Source: a virus (taxonomy: Duplodnaviria; Caudoviricetes). Taken from it: 54,779 nucleotides of DNA. Positions 10,019 through 22,200 of the stretch are shown here, piece by piece. Every line of letters starts with the position of its first letter. Position 1 is the first letter of the stretch. The translations under genes and the position numbers were made by a program. The notes beneath the pieces are model-generated. The model worked only from the letters and a program-made list of their open reading frames with translations. It was not told the origin of the DNA and searched no databases. The stretch lies in the IMG/VR virus record IMGVR_UViG_3300024517_000021, positions 1 to 54,779 of that record; one strand, written 5' to 3'.

Positions 10019-10489
10019 TTGTCTATTTCAGAAAGTCAATACGTCGTACCCGATAAAGACGCTAGTTGCCTTCGCTCAGTTACGCCATATGACTTAAGCG
10101 AGGATGAGGTTGGTTATTTTTTGCGTGCTGTCAAAACGCATGATCATGCTGGCGGTGTTGACAAGGTCGTAGAAATTATAAATTCAGGTCGTATGAATCT
10201 TTGGGTATGGCGAGATGGTGACTCAGTAGGTGTATGGGTAACTGAAATTACTTGTCACTTCGATGGAGAGACGGAGATGCTCCTATCGATGTTGGCTGGT
10301 AACAATATGTTGCAAAGTTACTTTGTCGCTTCGGACTTGATGGTTGATAAGGCCAGGGAGGCTGGATGCAAGCGTCTCGTTGCCTATGTCAAGCCGAATA
10401 TTCTGAAGAATTTAAAGGAAGCTTCGTGGCGATCTGGAATTAATATGGATTTCAATGAACTCTATGTAGTGATTGCGAAGGAGGCTTAG
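10019..10489 (+). CDS. Second GNAT-like protein (distant paralogue of upstream gene)
   Basis: TTG start; I.SG...LWV, G..VTEI, L.G, A.EAGC..L pattern parallels upstream gene. Confidence 0.5.
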   Translation: MSISESQYVVPDKDASCLRSVTPYDLSEDEVGYFLRAVKTHDHAGGVDKVVEIINSGRMNLWVWRDGDSVGVWVTEITCHFDGETEMLLSMLAGNNMLQSYFVASDLMVDKAREAGCKRLVAYVKPNILKNLKEASWRSGINMDFNELYVVIAKEA

Positions 10490-10490
10490 G

Positions 10491-11411
10491 ATGGGTGGCG
10501 GTGGTGGTGGTGATACCTATCAAACGAATATGCCAAAGTGGGCGATGGGAGCGCATAGGAGGCTCATTAAAGAAGCTGAGGAAGAAGCGTATGGTCGGGA
10601 ATTCCCGGTCTATTCAGACCCTCGCGTCGCGGGCTTCAGCCCCTATGAGCAAGCTGCGATGGGTGCTCGTCAGCAGATGTTTGAGCTAGGCGATCCGCTT
10701 GGCGCTTTTGCGGCAGAGCGGGTAACTGCCCCTGGGTATCAGGCTTCGGAGTTTGATTTTGGGACGTTCAATGATGGGGCAAGGGAACAGTACATGTCCC
10801 CGTATATGCAGAATGTTGTTGAGGCGGAGAAGCAATCTGCATTGGATGAGTATGCCCGGCAGGGTATGAGATCGGATGCGGAGAGGATTTCTTCTGGTGC
10901 GCGAGGTGGATATCGGGAGGCTGTGGAGCAAGCGCTGGGCAGATCTCAGCAGGCCAAGGTGATGGGGGAGATCCAGGCAAGGGGATCTCAAGCTGCTTTC
11001 GAGAATGCTCAACAGCAATTTGAGAGGGATCGTGCATCCGCGATTCAAGCTGCCCAGATGGGTGATGCATCTGCTTTGGCGGCAGCGAAACATCGGATGT
11101 CCCAGGCGGCGGGTGCGAGTGATATTGCAACCACTGGTCAGGCAAGGGCTCAGGAAAGAATCAAGGATCTAGAGAGGACTGGAGCCTCGCAGAGGGAGAT
11201 GGAGCAATCGAAGCTTGATCTTGCCTACGAGGACTTCATGAGGGAGTTCCAGTATCCCAAGACGCAGATGAATTGGCTGGCTGGAATGCTTACTGGTGTC
11301 CCAAGTGGGATGATGCAACATACGAGGAGCCCAACTCCCGGTCTTGCTTCCCAGGCATTGGGTCTCGGTATCGGCGCAGCCGGTTTGCAGCGTCTATTTA
11401 GCGGAGAATAG
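10491..11411 (+). CDS. Putative DNA pilot / ejection protein
   Basis: AAGGAGG SD; starts MGGGGGG; Y...R.A.FSP.., YMSPYMQNV, Gln/Ala-rich helices, C-terminal hydrophobic GLGIGAAG. Confidence 0.65.
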   Translation: MGGGGGGDTYQTNMPKWAMGAHRRLIKEAEEEAYGREFPVYSDPRVAGFSPYEQAAMGARQQMFELGDPLGAFAAERVTAPGYQASEFDFGTFNDGAREQYMSPYMQNVVEAEKQSALDEYARQGMRSDAERISSGARGGYREAVEQALGRSQQAKVMGEIQARGSQAAFENAQQQFERDRASAIQAAQMGDASALAAAKHRMSQAAGASDIATTGQARAQERIKDLERTGASQREMEQSKLDLAYEDFMREFQYPKTQMNWLAGMLTGVPSGMMQHTRSPTPGLASQALGLGIGAAGLQRLFSGE

Positions 11412-11413
11412 TA

Positions 11414-13276
11414 ATGGCTAGATTGGGTATTGCTGGGGCTGGGAGTTCGATGGGCACCAATGCAGTGGATGTCCCTAAAAATATTATTGACCAGCAGGAG
11501 GAGTTGAAGTCTTGGCCGGATGACCGGCTGATTCAGGAGCTACAGTCTCCTTCCGGCTCGGCTCCTCAGTACCTGATCTTTACGGAAGTGGGCAGAAGGA
11601 AGGACGTTCGCGGCAAGTATCAGGCTGAGATGGCGAAGCAGCAGCAGCCTCAAATGTCCATGGCGCAAGAGGCGGTGATGGCAAGGATGGCTCCTCCCAT
11701 GCAGCCACCGATGCCACCCCCCGGTGGTCCGATGGGGCCTCCCCCTAGTGGATCGATGCCTCCGATGGGACCCGGTAGTCCGATGGGGCCTCCTCCCGGT
11801 GGCCCGATGGGTCCACCCCCTGGTGGGCCTATGCCCCCGATGACTCCCGGTGGTATTGCCGGAATGGCAGGAGGGGGACCAGTCCGAGGTTTTGCGAATG
11901 GGACGAGGTCTCCGCTTACGATTGGTGGTGTTTCGTATGGAACGTCATACCAGCCCTATGGTGGTGGGATGTTTGGTTTTGGCCCGCTCCTGACTGATCC
12001 AGAAGAGCTGGCGAGAGCTAGATCCAGGCTGGAGGAGCTAGAGGGGATAATTTTACCTGGGGCTGTTCGTGGCCACGACATGAGCAAGCTTGCTCACGAG
12101 AGGAATCTTTTAAGTGAGGCGATTGGTCGTTCCAGTCCATCGTGGATGAGGGCTCCGGGTACGTGGCTTGGCGAAGCGGGAGAGTCGATGGGGGCGAAGC
12201 GAGAGGCGTTTGCCCCAATCGTGGAGGAGATCACTTCTCCTGGGGTTCTTGCTAAGGAAGAGGAGGGGATTATTCGAGGTTTAGGTCTAACTCCGAGCAA
12301 GGCGGGATCGGAATTCGCCCCCTCTTTCCCGCTTGGGTGGTCGCCGGGTAGTGAGCCCTATATGACGGCAGAGGGTGAAATAGTCGGAGGCTCTTCCCCG
12401 GAGCAGCTAGAGTCTTTCCGGGGTCTAGCGGAAGAACTGACTCCGCAACTCACAGAGGCGGATGCACTGGCTGGTGTTGCTGGACTTGATCCCAACATAA
12501 GTATCCCACCCCCCGTCCTCGGGAACCCCTCCTCGAAACCCTCCTCGAAACCCAAGGCGGAAGCACCCACTAATGCTGATGCCCCCATGGTTCCTAGCAA
12601 TGTAACAAGAGAGACCCCGAGTGATATAGCAAGAATCAGGGAGCTTCTTGAGTCTAGAGAAAATCCTGGCAATGAATCTTGGAAGACGGCTGCGATGTTG
12701 AAGGCGGCTCAAGCTTTCCTGTCGAAGCCCACGTTCGCTGGTGCTGCTGGCGAAGCGTTTGGCGGAACTGCCGGTGTCATTGAGGACATGGAGAAGCGAG
12801 ATGAGTCGAGGCGTCTAGCAAATATTCAGAATCAGATTGCTTTGGCAGGTCTGGAGCAGACCGAGAGAAGGGATGCTGCATCCAGAGAGTTTACTGGAAG
12901 AGAGTCTGCGCTGGAACGCGATGCAAAACGCGATATAGCGAAGCTCAACAATAATGCTAGAAGGCTTCTTTATGCGGAAAACAATGATGCTCGCCTAGAG
13001 CAAATTGAAGAGCAGATGAAGATGACTCTTCGCTCCGAGGAAAGGCAGCAAGTTGCAAAAGCAGTTGCAGATTTCTACGAAGACAACAAAGATGTTTATG
13101 ACACGCTGGCCATGATGGAAGACGGGCCGGAAAAGCAACAACAGGAAGCCCTTATTGCCAGCAGGTACACGCAGTTGATTTCAGGTGTCAAGTCTGCTCT
13201 GAGTCCAAGGTCAGTCGGAATGAAGCGTGGAATGAAGCATGGTGGTGTAGTTCGTGGAGTATTGGGAAGACCGTAA
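11414..13276 (+). CDS. Putative internal virion / ejection protein
   Basis: 620 aa; L..E.Q.PSG..PQYL...E..RR N-term, Pro/Gly/Met low-complexity tract, coiled-coil C-term. Confidence 0.6.
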   Translation: MARLGIAGAGSSMGTNAVDVPKNIIDQQEELKSWPDDRLIQELQSPSGSAPQYLIFTEVGRRKDVRGKYQAEMAKQQQPQMSMAQEAVMARMAPPMQPPMPPPGGPMGPPPSGSMPPMGPGSPMGPPPGGPMGPPPGGPMPPMTPGGIAGMAGGGPVRGFANGTRSPLTIGGVSYGTSYQPYGGGMFGFGPLLTDPEELARARSRLEELEGIILPGAVRGHDMSKLAHERNLLSEAIGRSSPSWMRAPGTWLGEAGESMGAKREAFAPIVEEITSPGVLAKEEEGIIRGLGLTPSKAGSEFAPSFPLGWSPGSEPYMTAEGEIVGGSSPEQLESFRGLAEELTPQLTEADALAGVAGLDPNISIPPPVLGNPSSKPSSKPKAEAPTNADAPMVPSNVTRETPSDIARIRELLESRENPGNESWKTAAMLKAAQAFLSKPTFAGAAGEAFGGTAGVIEDMEKRDESRRLANIQNQIALAGLEQTERRDAASREFTGRESALERDAKRDIAKLNNNARRLLYAENNDARLEQIEEQMKMTLRSEERQQVAKAVADFYEDNKDVYDTLAMMEDGPEKQQQEALIASRYTQLISGVKSALSPRSVGMKRGMKHGGVVRGVLGRP

Positions 13277-16200
13277 TTGAGTAGAGATCTATATCGGGAT
13301 CTTGTCTATCGAATAGCGGAAGAGGAGGGGGTCTATGGACCCCTTGCCGAAGCTGTCATCCAGCAGGAATCCAACTGGGATCCTGCTGCCACATCCCATG
13401 CAGGCGCGCAGGGACTCATGCAGCTTATGCCTGGGACTGCATCAGATCTTGGGGTGGAGGATCCACTCGACCCCGAGCAGAATATCCGTGGTGGCGTTCG
13501 CTATCTCAGGCAGAATCTTGAGAAGTACGACAACGATATTGATCTCGCGTTGGCAGCCTACAATGCTGGCCCAGGCAATGTGGACAAGTATGGCGGGATC
13601 CCCCCATTCAAAGAAACCCAGGATTATGTTTCTCGTATCCGTGGCGAGAGACTCCCGATGTTCATGTCGGAGTACGGGGATTTCGAGGAAACTTCCGAGG
13701 AGGAGGTTTCCGCAGGAGTTGACCCTGCTGGCCTTGAAGATCAAGTAGTAGAGGAGGAAGTCGAAACAAGGACTGTCTTCCTTCCCGACAATACCTGGGT
13801 AGATGCCCCAGCGGATATGCCGGAAGAGGAAGCGCTTCAGCTTGCAAGGGAGAAATACCCAGAATCATTTAATGTCGTTGGAGTAGAAATACCACGAGGG
13901 GAATCCAATTCATGGGATGCGGCTGCCGCCGCCGCGTCACGCTCTACCTTCGGGCTGATCCCCGGCCTTCAGGCCGCTTTCGCCTCGGCCACCGGCAACG
14001 AAGATCTTTACGATCATGCCCAAGGCAGGCTTCGGGAAGAGTCCGAGGCTGCATATGACATTGCTCCGAATCTTGTTACGACAGAAGAGATCGGGAAGGT
14101 TTATGATGAAGAGGGCCTGATTCCTGCGGCAGCGAAAGCCATGGAGTTCGGGACCGAGCAAATATTCCAGTCCTTTGGATTCCAGGCTCCCTCTATTGCC
14201 GCCGGTCTTGGGGTGGCGGGTGCGGCACAGTTGGGAGTTCTCGCCGGATTGACAGGCCCGGTGGGAGTGGCGACTGCCGGTATGCTGGCTGGCCTGGGTA
14301 CGATGTTCTCAACCTTCTTGAGCGAGAACCTTGAGCGTTCTTACGAAGAAGGAAAGATCGATACCAAGGATGTGAACCTTCTCAGGCAGGCTGTCTCTGC
14401 TGGCGGTCAAACTGCCCTGAACTCTCTCACCTATTTGCTGGTTGGCGGCAAGGTGGGAACGAAGATGCTTCTTTCTCCGGCAGCCAGGGAAGAGGGCTTC
14501 AGCGCGCTCGGGAAGACACTCAATAGGCTAGAGGATCTGTCTCCCGTCAAAAGAATGCTGTCGGTTGTTGCAGAGGAAGAAGTTGCCGAGATCGGGCAGC
14601 AAGCACTGGAAAGGTATGCGGCTGGCTTGCCGGTAGATCCCCGGCACAAGGGTGCAGCAGAAGAGTATGCGGAGATTGCTTTGGCAACTCTTGCTCCGTC
14701 TCTTGGTTTCGCTGCATTGGGTGGTGTCTCATCCAGTCTTTCGAGGCGAGCAGCGGAGCGGAAGGATCTCGACAAAGAGACCGACGTAAAGAAAGCAATG
14801 ATGGAGCGGGTTACGGAAGCCCGTCTCAAGCTTGAAGAGAATCGAAGATCCGATGCGCTTCACAATCTAAGAGAGTCTGCTCAGTATCAAGCGGAAAGGG
14901 ATTTGTTTCTTTCGGAGGCAGGGGATCTTGCTGGAATCACTGCTGAAGATATCCATGCGCTCGCTAAAGAAAGAAATATTAATTCTGAAGACGTTGCGTT
15001 CCATGAATTTTCTAGAAAGGCAACTGCCGGGATTGAGGATAAGACTGGGAAGAAGGGTGGTCAGGCTTATCTAGATGGAATGTCTCCGAAGCAGCTCCAG
15101 AAGATGTATGCCGATATCAAGGCAATGCCGGTTCAGGAGCAGCCAACCAGTCTTCAGGTTGTTTCGGAGAAGGATGCCAGGAGTTTTGCTGGTGCGTTGG
15201 CTAAGGGCAGGAAGAAGCAGAAGGTCACGAAAAAGCAGGTTGAAGCAAAGCTTCGGGCTCTTGGCAAGATCGATGAAGGTCAGATGGAGGAGAACTTCCT
15301 CGGTGACCTAGCAGACCAGTACATCTTCAGGCTTGCTGAGTTTGGTCTGGGAACGAAATTGGATGATGGGAGCATCCAGCTCAAAAAGACTGACCGGACT
15401 TTAGTCAGCGAGTCGGACTACCAAAAAATTATGGATGCTTCCCGTGCAGACGCGGGCGGCAGATTCATTACGATGGGCCGCGCGAAAGAGCTTACTGGCG
15501 TTCGCGGCTTCAACCGCTATCGGGCGATCAGAGACGAAGCAATTAGACGTGGTGATATTGTCAAGACTGGCAAGCGTTACATGGTTGCTCCTGCCAAGGA
15601 GTTTACGAAGAGCTTCTCTTATCGCATTGATGAGGGTCCGCAGCATGTTGTAAGAAATGATCGCGGGGAAGTGGAGAGCACCCACGCTAACCAGAGAGCG
15701 GCAGACAAAGAAAAGAATAAGCTCGCAAGGAAGATTGGATATATTGCACGGGATGAGGGTGGCAACGCCATTGGTGGTGCAGGCACTAAGCAGGAAGCTC
15801 GCCAACATCTTTCTAGGTACTTTGCAAGGCTTCGACAGGAAGCCAAGAATGCTGTGCTCAATAACGGAGTGGGCAAACTGCCTCCGATTGATCAGGCTTC
15901 TGACTGGATTAAGCCCACGGTAGAGCGCCGAGCAGAAGAAGCTGGCGAGGCTGCTGTTCGTCGTGCGAAGGATAACGTCGTTGGGGTGAAGCCCATTCGC
16001 CGTGTTTATACGGTGGCCAAGGAAGATGGCTTTCTCATCCGAGAAGAAAAGACTGGCGCTGATGGAAGAGTCAGTCGTTCTGCCAGGAAAGATTTTCTCG
16101 CAGGAGAAGAAGAGGCTCGCGCCCGGCTGTCAGAGCTTGAAGGTCGCCGAGTGGGCAGGGCAGCGGTGGATCGAGGGGAAGAGGCAGAGCTTGTTCGGAG

Positions 16201-19200
16201 CTTGAGAGAAGATCCTGCCACTCCGTTGGATGAAGAGCTTCCCCTCCCTGCCCCGGAACAAGTCAGCGAACATGCTGCCCTGGAAGAGGAGCTGAACAAG
16301 GTTCTTGCAAGCCGAGGCTTGAGTGAATTCAGGACTGAGATTGTTGAAGGTCTCACTGTGGATGCGAGAGTGGATCCGCTCACTCTGACAATCCAAATTG
16401 CAATGACACCGGGTTTGCAATCGAAGAAGATAGAGGATCAAGTAAAGGCTCTGATGCCACTGTTGAATCATGAGAGTATTCATGCGTTCAGAAAGATGGG
16501 TCTGATTACAAAGGCGGAATGGAAGCAGCTCAAGAAGTGGGTCAAGACTACTCCTGTTCCCTCGGAGATTGTCAATGCATTTAACGAGAAGCAAACTGCC
16601 GCTGGGCTTGAGACGCTGCCAGATGGTGCGACCTACTATGACATGTCCCGAGTTCTTTACGCAGACCAGGGGAATGCGGACAACTGGATTGATGATTCCT
16701 ATGTAGAGGAGGCAGTTGCATTCCTCGGTCAGGATCTGACTAACATCGCGCCTGATCCAGAGGTGAAGGGAATCTTCCGAAAGATCGCTTCCGTTCTCAA
16801 GCGGGTGGGTCGAGCCCTTATGGGTAGGGGATATCGAACTCCAAAGGAAGCGTTCGACAAGCTTTATGGTCCCCAGATGGTTCAGAGGGCAAAGGCTGGT
16901 CGCTCGCTAGACACTTGGTGGACAGACCGAAGACTTGGGAATGATCAGATCAGGCCAGAGTATGAGTTCGCGGAGCTTGCTGGCTGGGCGGAAAGTCGAG
17001 GTCGAGTTCTCGGTGGAGAGCAAACAACAGAGGAGAAGGTTCTCGAAGCTCTTGATAGTGTCGAGAGTCCCGATGTTGATGTCTCCCCTGGTCGCGCTGC
17101 TGTTCCCCGCGCCGCCGAGGGTGCGCGTGTTGGTAATTGGGGGGAGTTGCCAAGAGGGGCGGACAACTGGGAGCAACTGCCAGATGGAAGGCTTGTCGGT
17201 TATCGCGTCTCAAGGAGTGTCGGCGGGCGTGCAGTATCGGGTGCCGATTCTCGTCAATCAGCGTCAATGGAACCGGGCGCACAGGTGGAATTTGAAGGGG
17301 ATGGCGTTTTCGTTACGAATGATTTGGAATATGCCAAGACCTACTACGGGGTACATGACGAAAATGCTTTGCAGCGTGTCGCGTTTTCGCGCGACGATGT
17401 TACCTCTGGACGCTTGGCAGATAGTGAGCCGGAAGTAAGTGTCAGGTCTGGCGAGGTAATTGGGTCTGATGTGTTTACTGACCCTGACCTAGACCCCACC
17501 CCCCGCGCCGCCGAGGGTTTTCCTCGCCACACAGATAGATCCTATCGAAATGCAGTCAATAGAGATGAGGCTGCCCGCGCAAATGCAGAGTTTGACGAAG
17601 ACACTCGCACTTGGTCTGATGGACAGTGGGAATCCGTTGGTGACTTTCCGAATACGCGACACATCGAGCTAACCAATCACTTGTCTCCAACCATAGAGGA
17701 GTTGAAGACCCAAGGCTTGGGTATGCACACGGATCACCAACGTAGTCTGGTTGGTAAGAACCGAGATATCCCAGAGGGAACGCCAGTTCGCTTGAGGATT
17801 GATGTAAGACTTTGGAAGGACTGGCTCAGGAAGATTGGAGAGGGGAAGTACGCTCAGACAGTACACGATATTTACAATAAGAAGGGGGAATATGTAAATA
17901 TCGAGAGTGCTACCCAGGTTGGCACTGCTCTTGGGTATGACAATATTGCTCGACTAGATGGGGATGTTGAGTTCAAAGTTAATTGGAACCAAGCTAACAA
18001 GATACGGTATGCGGATGGAAAGAAGACTCCCATTGCCGTTGTCGAGGGTGCGATATCCCAGGATAGAACTGATCCTCGGGATATCCCCGACTTCGATAGC
18101 TGGATCCCGGTTGGTTACAACCCACATAAGTCTGTCTTCTTTTATGACAAGAGGACTGGTCAAGAGGTAGTTGGTGGTAGGGATGCGATCTCTACTGGCA
18201 ACACTGTATTTGTAAGGGAAGCCAACTACGGGGATCGGAGTGTCCAGTCAGCTACCGAGGAGGGTGACCGGCAATTCGCACAGGATAGGCCGAGTCGCCG
18301 CGTGGGTAGGGCAGCGGTGGATCGAGGGGAAGCTGTAACTCACGCGCTCAGGATTATCGAGGGGATAGATTCCGCTTCTATCGACAGCAAGACTTCTAGT
18401 CCTACTGTGTTTGAGATTGCAAAGTATTTTTACGATTCAGTTGATGATCGAGTTGACCATAGGTCGGCCACTGATTCCCAGAATAAAGCTCTAGAAGATT
18501 TAATTTTTGACGAAGCTCTTTTTGCGGTAAAGAAAAACCCGTCTGCACTCGAATGGTATGATGAGAACCTGAATCTCACGATGTCTGTCCTTGAGGAGAT
18601 AGACCCGGATCTAAAAAATCCAGACAACCGATTTGTCTTGAGCGCCCTGTTGGCGGTTACGTCTAACGGCAATACGGTGGATGAGCAGTTTAAGCAGTCA
18701 TGGGATACTTACCGGCATTGGGTTGATAATGATGGGGAGTTGGTTGGCGATTATGCAGCGGGAGACAAGAAGAAATTTATCCAGAATCATATAGCCATCA
18801 TCTCTTCCCTTGTGGAGAACCTGGGCTATGCCGGTGCTGCTGAGTGGTTATCTTCCAAGAGTCCCGTTTCGGAAATACGAAAGTCCGCTAGTGATTGGGG
18901 CTACCCGAATGCGAAGAAAATTGCTACTACAGAATTTGTAGATGAGGTGGTTCCGCATTCTGTAATTTTCGGACCCAAGCTTGGCTCGTTTTTTAATAAC
19001 CTGTATGGGGACTACTCCACCTTAACCATGGACCGATGGTTCATGAGAATGCTGGGGCGGGTTGCAGGTAGCCAGCTAGATATAAATATACCTAAACTGA
19101 AACAAGCGGAGGCGCGAGGACGCAAGAGTTTAGGTGATCTCTCTTCTCAAGATCGCAAGATGCTCGGGCTGAATAAAAAGTCTTTTACTGGACCTAATAT

Positions 19201-22200
19201 TGTTTCAAGCGTCGGGCGAGTTAATAAATACTTTTCCTTGGCGAAAAACCGAGAAGGGATTGCGAAGGGAACTCCGCTTGATAATTTCAGGAAAGCTGTA
19301 AATAATTTATCAAAGAAATATGAGCCGCTAATTGAATCTCCGGTTTCCCCTGGTCACCGAAGATGGATTCGCGCTAGGTTTAACAATGTAATCAAGAGGC
19401 TTAGGGATGAAGGTCTAAGCATAGAGCCTGCGGATCTGCAAGCGTTGTTGTGGTATAATGAGAAGGCGCTCTTTAATGCGCTGAACTATCGCGAAAAGAA
19501 GGGGTCTGATGACTATGCGGGATCGGCAGAAGCCCTCCACCAACGAGTGGTTGGCAGACCATCGAGAGTCTATGCAACAGGCGCAGGACGAGTGGCAGGA
19601 GTCGGAGGAGGGCCAAGCGCTGAGCGAGTGGGCAGAGCGGCTGCCAACAGGGGTGAAACTCCCGAAGCCGTCCTCCGGGACTTCAGAAGCAGAACCGATG
19701 GACGTTCGCTCGTGGCTCAAGAGGCGCTTTCCCGGCCTTACAGACGAGGAACTAGAGGAACATCTAGCGCTCTACGGGGGCTAGGGGCACCAGATAGTGT
19801 TCAGGTAGTAAGGTATAAGTTTGACTCTCCGAGGTTCAAGGAATCTTTTGATTCTGCCGGAGTTCCGACAACTGATATACTTGAGATATCTGGCCCTGGA
19901 TCTAGCCAATTTTTCAGAGAGCGTATACAGAAATCAAAAGATGAAAACCGTTTTGGTTCTTCGGTTTACGTTTACGACGAACCCGAGTATTCGGGTATGC
20001 GGCTTTTCCTTTCTGATGATGGGCACTCTGGCATTGCGCTAAAGGGCGATGATATTGTAAGCGGATTTTCTACCCCGGAAGCTCCCAGGGGAAGTGTCTA
20101 CCCCCTCATGATGAAGGCAATTGACGAGGGCGGTAGGCGCGCGGACGCCTTTGATACGGTCCTCCCGCGACTCTATTCAAATATGGGGATGCGGGTAGTA
20201 GCGAGAGTTCCATGGGATGATCAGTACGCACCCCCAGGTTGGGACTATGACCTTTATTCTAGATTTAATTCTGGAAGACCAGACGTAACCTACCTTGTTT
20301 ATGATCCAGACTATTTGGGTTACTACGAGGGTACCGAGGGTTCGGTTGTTTCTTCTCCAGACGATGCAGTCTCGCTTCAGGATTCAGCGCTTGAAGAGAT
20401 TGATTCTCGCCCGATAGAGCGCGTTGGCAGAGCCGCGATGAGCCGGGGTATCCCAAGAGGTGCGGAGAATCCAGTTCTTCGGCCAGGGACAGATGGTCAG
20501 GTCACTCTTGCGAATGCAAGGTGGGGGCAGATTCCCTTTAACAAGGAAGGGAAGTTCGACAAGCGCGGAGTAGCCTATGACATATTTGTCAAGGAAGGTT
20601 ACGACGAAAGCGTTGAGGGCAAGAGCAGGGGATTCGGCGAACGGCACATCGAGAGGCATAACCCGGATATCCGAGACAACACCCCCTTCCGTGATTGGAA
20701 AGAACTTCTTTCAGAATTCACTAAAGCTTTGTCCAAGGGCAAGAAGCTTAGGAGCGGCGATATTTATCCAGCCCCGGATGGCGCAGGCCGGATGTCTTTC
20801 CTGTGGGACAGGGATGATTTCAAAGAGCCCGTTGTTGTCATCATGGAGTATGTGGACAGAGAGGGTGGCGAGAGTCTCCCCCCGAAAGCCCACCACTACA
20901 GCGTAGTCACTGCCTTTGCTTCGGACGATTACGGTGGAAATGTTCCTGATGGAAATCGGAGGAACAACACTCCGCTTCATGGGAGTCGGGTATCGACCGA
21001 GGCAATCAAGGCGTACCGGAGACCTTCCGTAGCGAGGAAATGGAACGAGAAGCAGCGTGGTAGATTTGCTCTCAGCAGGACGGACGGAGTTCCTTACACG
21101 CCAGCGCAGAGAGCTGCACAAGCGGATCTAAATGGAGGCATCCCCGAGACTGATAATTCTCTATGGGGGCAGGTTTCTAGTGCATTCCCTGTAATAGACA
21201 CCGCCTTCTGGTCTGAGATGCGTCGCAGGTTCCTTGAGAAGTTCAATCGTCTTAAGGAAATAGGGGAGATGAGGGGCGCTCGCGGGGATACGGTGGGTAG
21301 CCTAGCGAGTTCATCTGCCTGGGCCTTGGCAATGATGGTGGATCGAGCGGGAGCTTTTCTTTCTGCGAGCTTCAAGTATGGAGTAATGACATTTCGTGAT
21401 GGCATTCCGATGGTTGAGGATCTGGAGCTAACGGATACTGCTGAAAATGTTTTGATCTACAACACGCGGACTGGTGAGTACGAGAGAGTTACGAAGTCTG
21501 TCCCCAATATGTACGAAGGTGTGGGCGGGTTGCTCTCCATACTGGAGGCACTCGCAGTTCCGGGTAGAAACTTGGTCCCGAAGTTCTTCGCTTACTCCCG
21601 GGCGTTGCGTGGCTACAACCTGATGCAGGCAGGCAAGCTGGTTCCATTCGAGAATCCAGAGGAGTCAATCAAGCAGGGGTTGGCGTTCGCAGACGAACAC
21701 CCGGAAATTGCTATTGCTCATGCCAACCTGCAAAAGTGGAATGAGGGTATGGTTGAGTTCCTCGTTCAGACTGGCGTGATGACAAGGGATATGGCTGACG
21801 TTTGGTTGCAGCACTCAGACTACGTTCCCTTCTATCTGAATTTGGACGGCGAGACGAATGATGCGATGAGGCAGATCTTCACCGAGCAACTGGGTGAAGG
21901 TGCTGACTTCCAGATTCTAGACTCTTTGGTTTCAGGTATTCCTTCCAAGCGGTACAAGGGATTTAAGGGTCAGCTCATGGAGCCAGTCGAGGCTCTGAGC
22001 AAGAATGCATTTGCCCTGATTCAGGCCGGTCTGAAGAATGTCGCATCTGCTAAGGCTATCGATGAGGCGATGGATATTGCCGAGCCGATGGCTCGTGAGA
22101 CAACAAAGGATAAGTCCGACTTGACGGTGCGCCGTGAAGGGAAGGAATATTATTACGCAGTCAGTGATCCTGTTCTTTTGAATACATTGATTGGTGCATT

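Noticed and set aside
11690-11850. Pro/Gly/Met repeats as collagen-like or functional DNA repeat
   Set aside because: No sustained Gly-X-Y register; ordinary low-complexity linker
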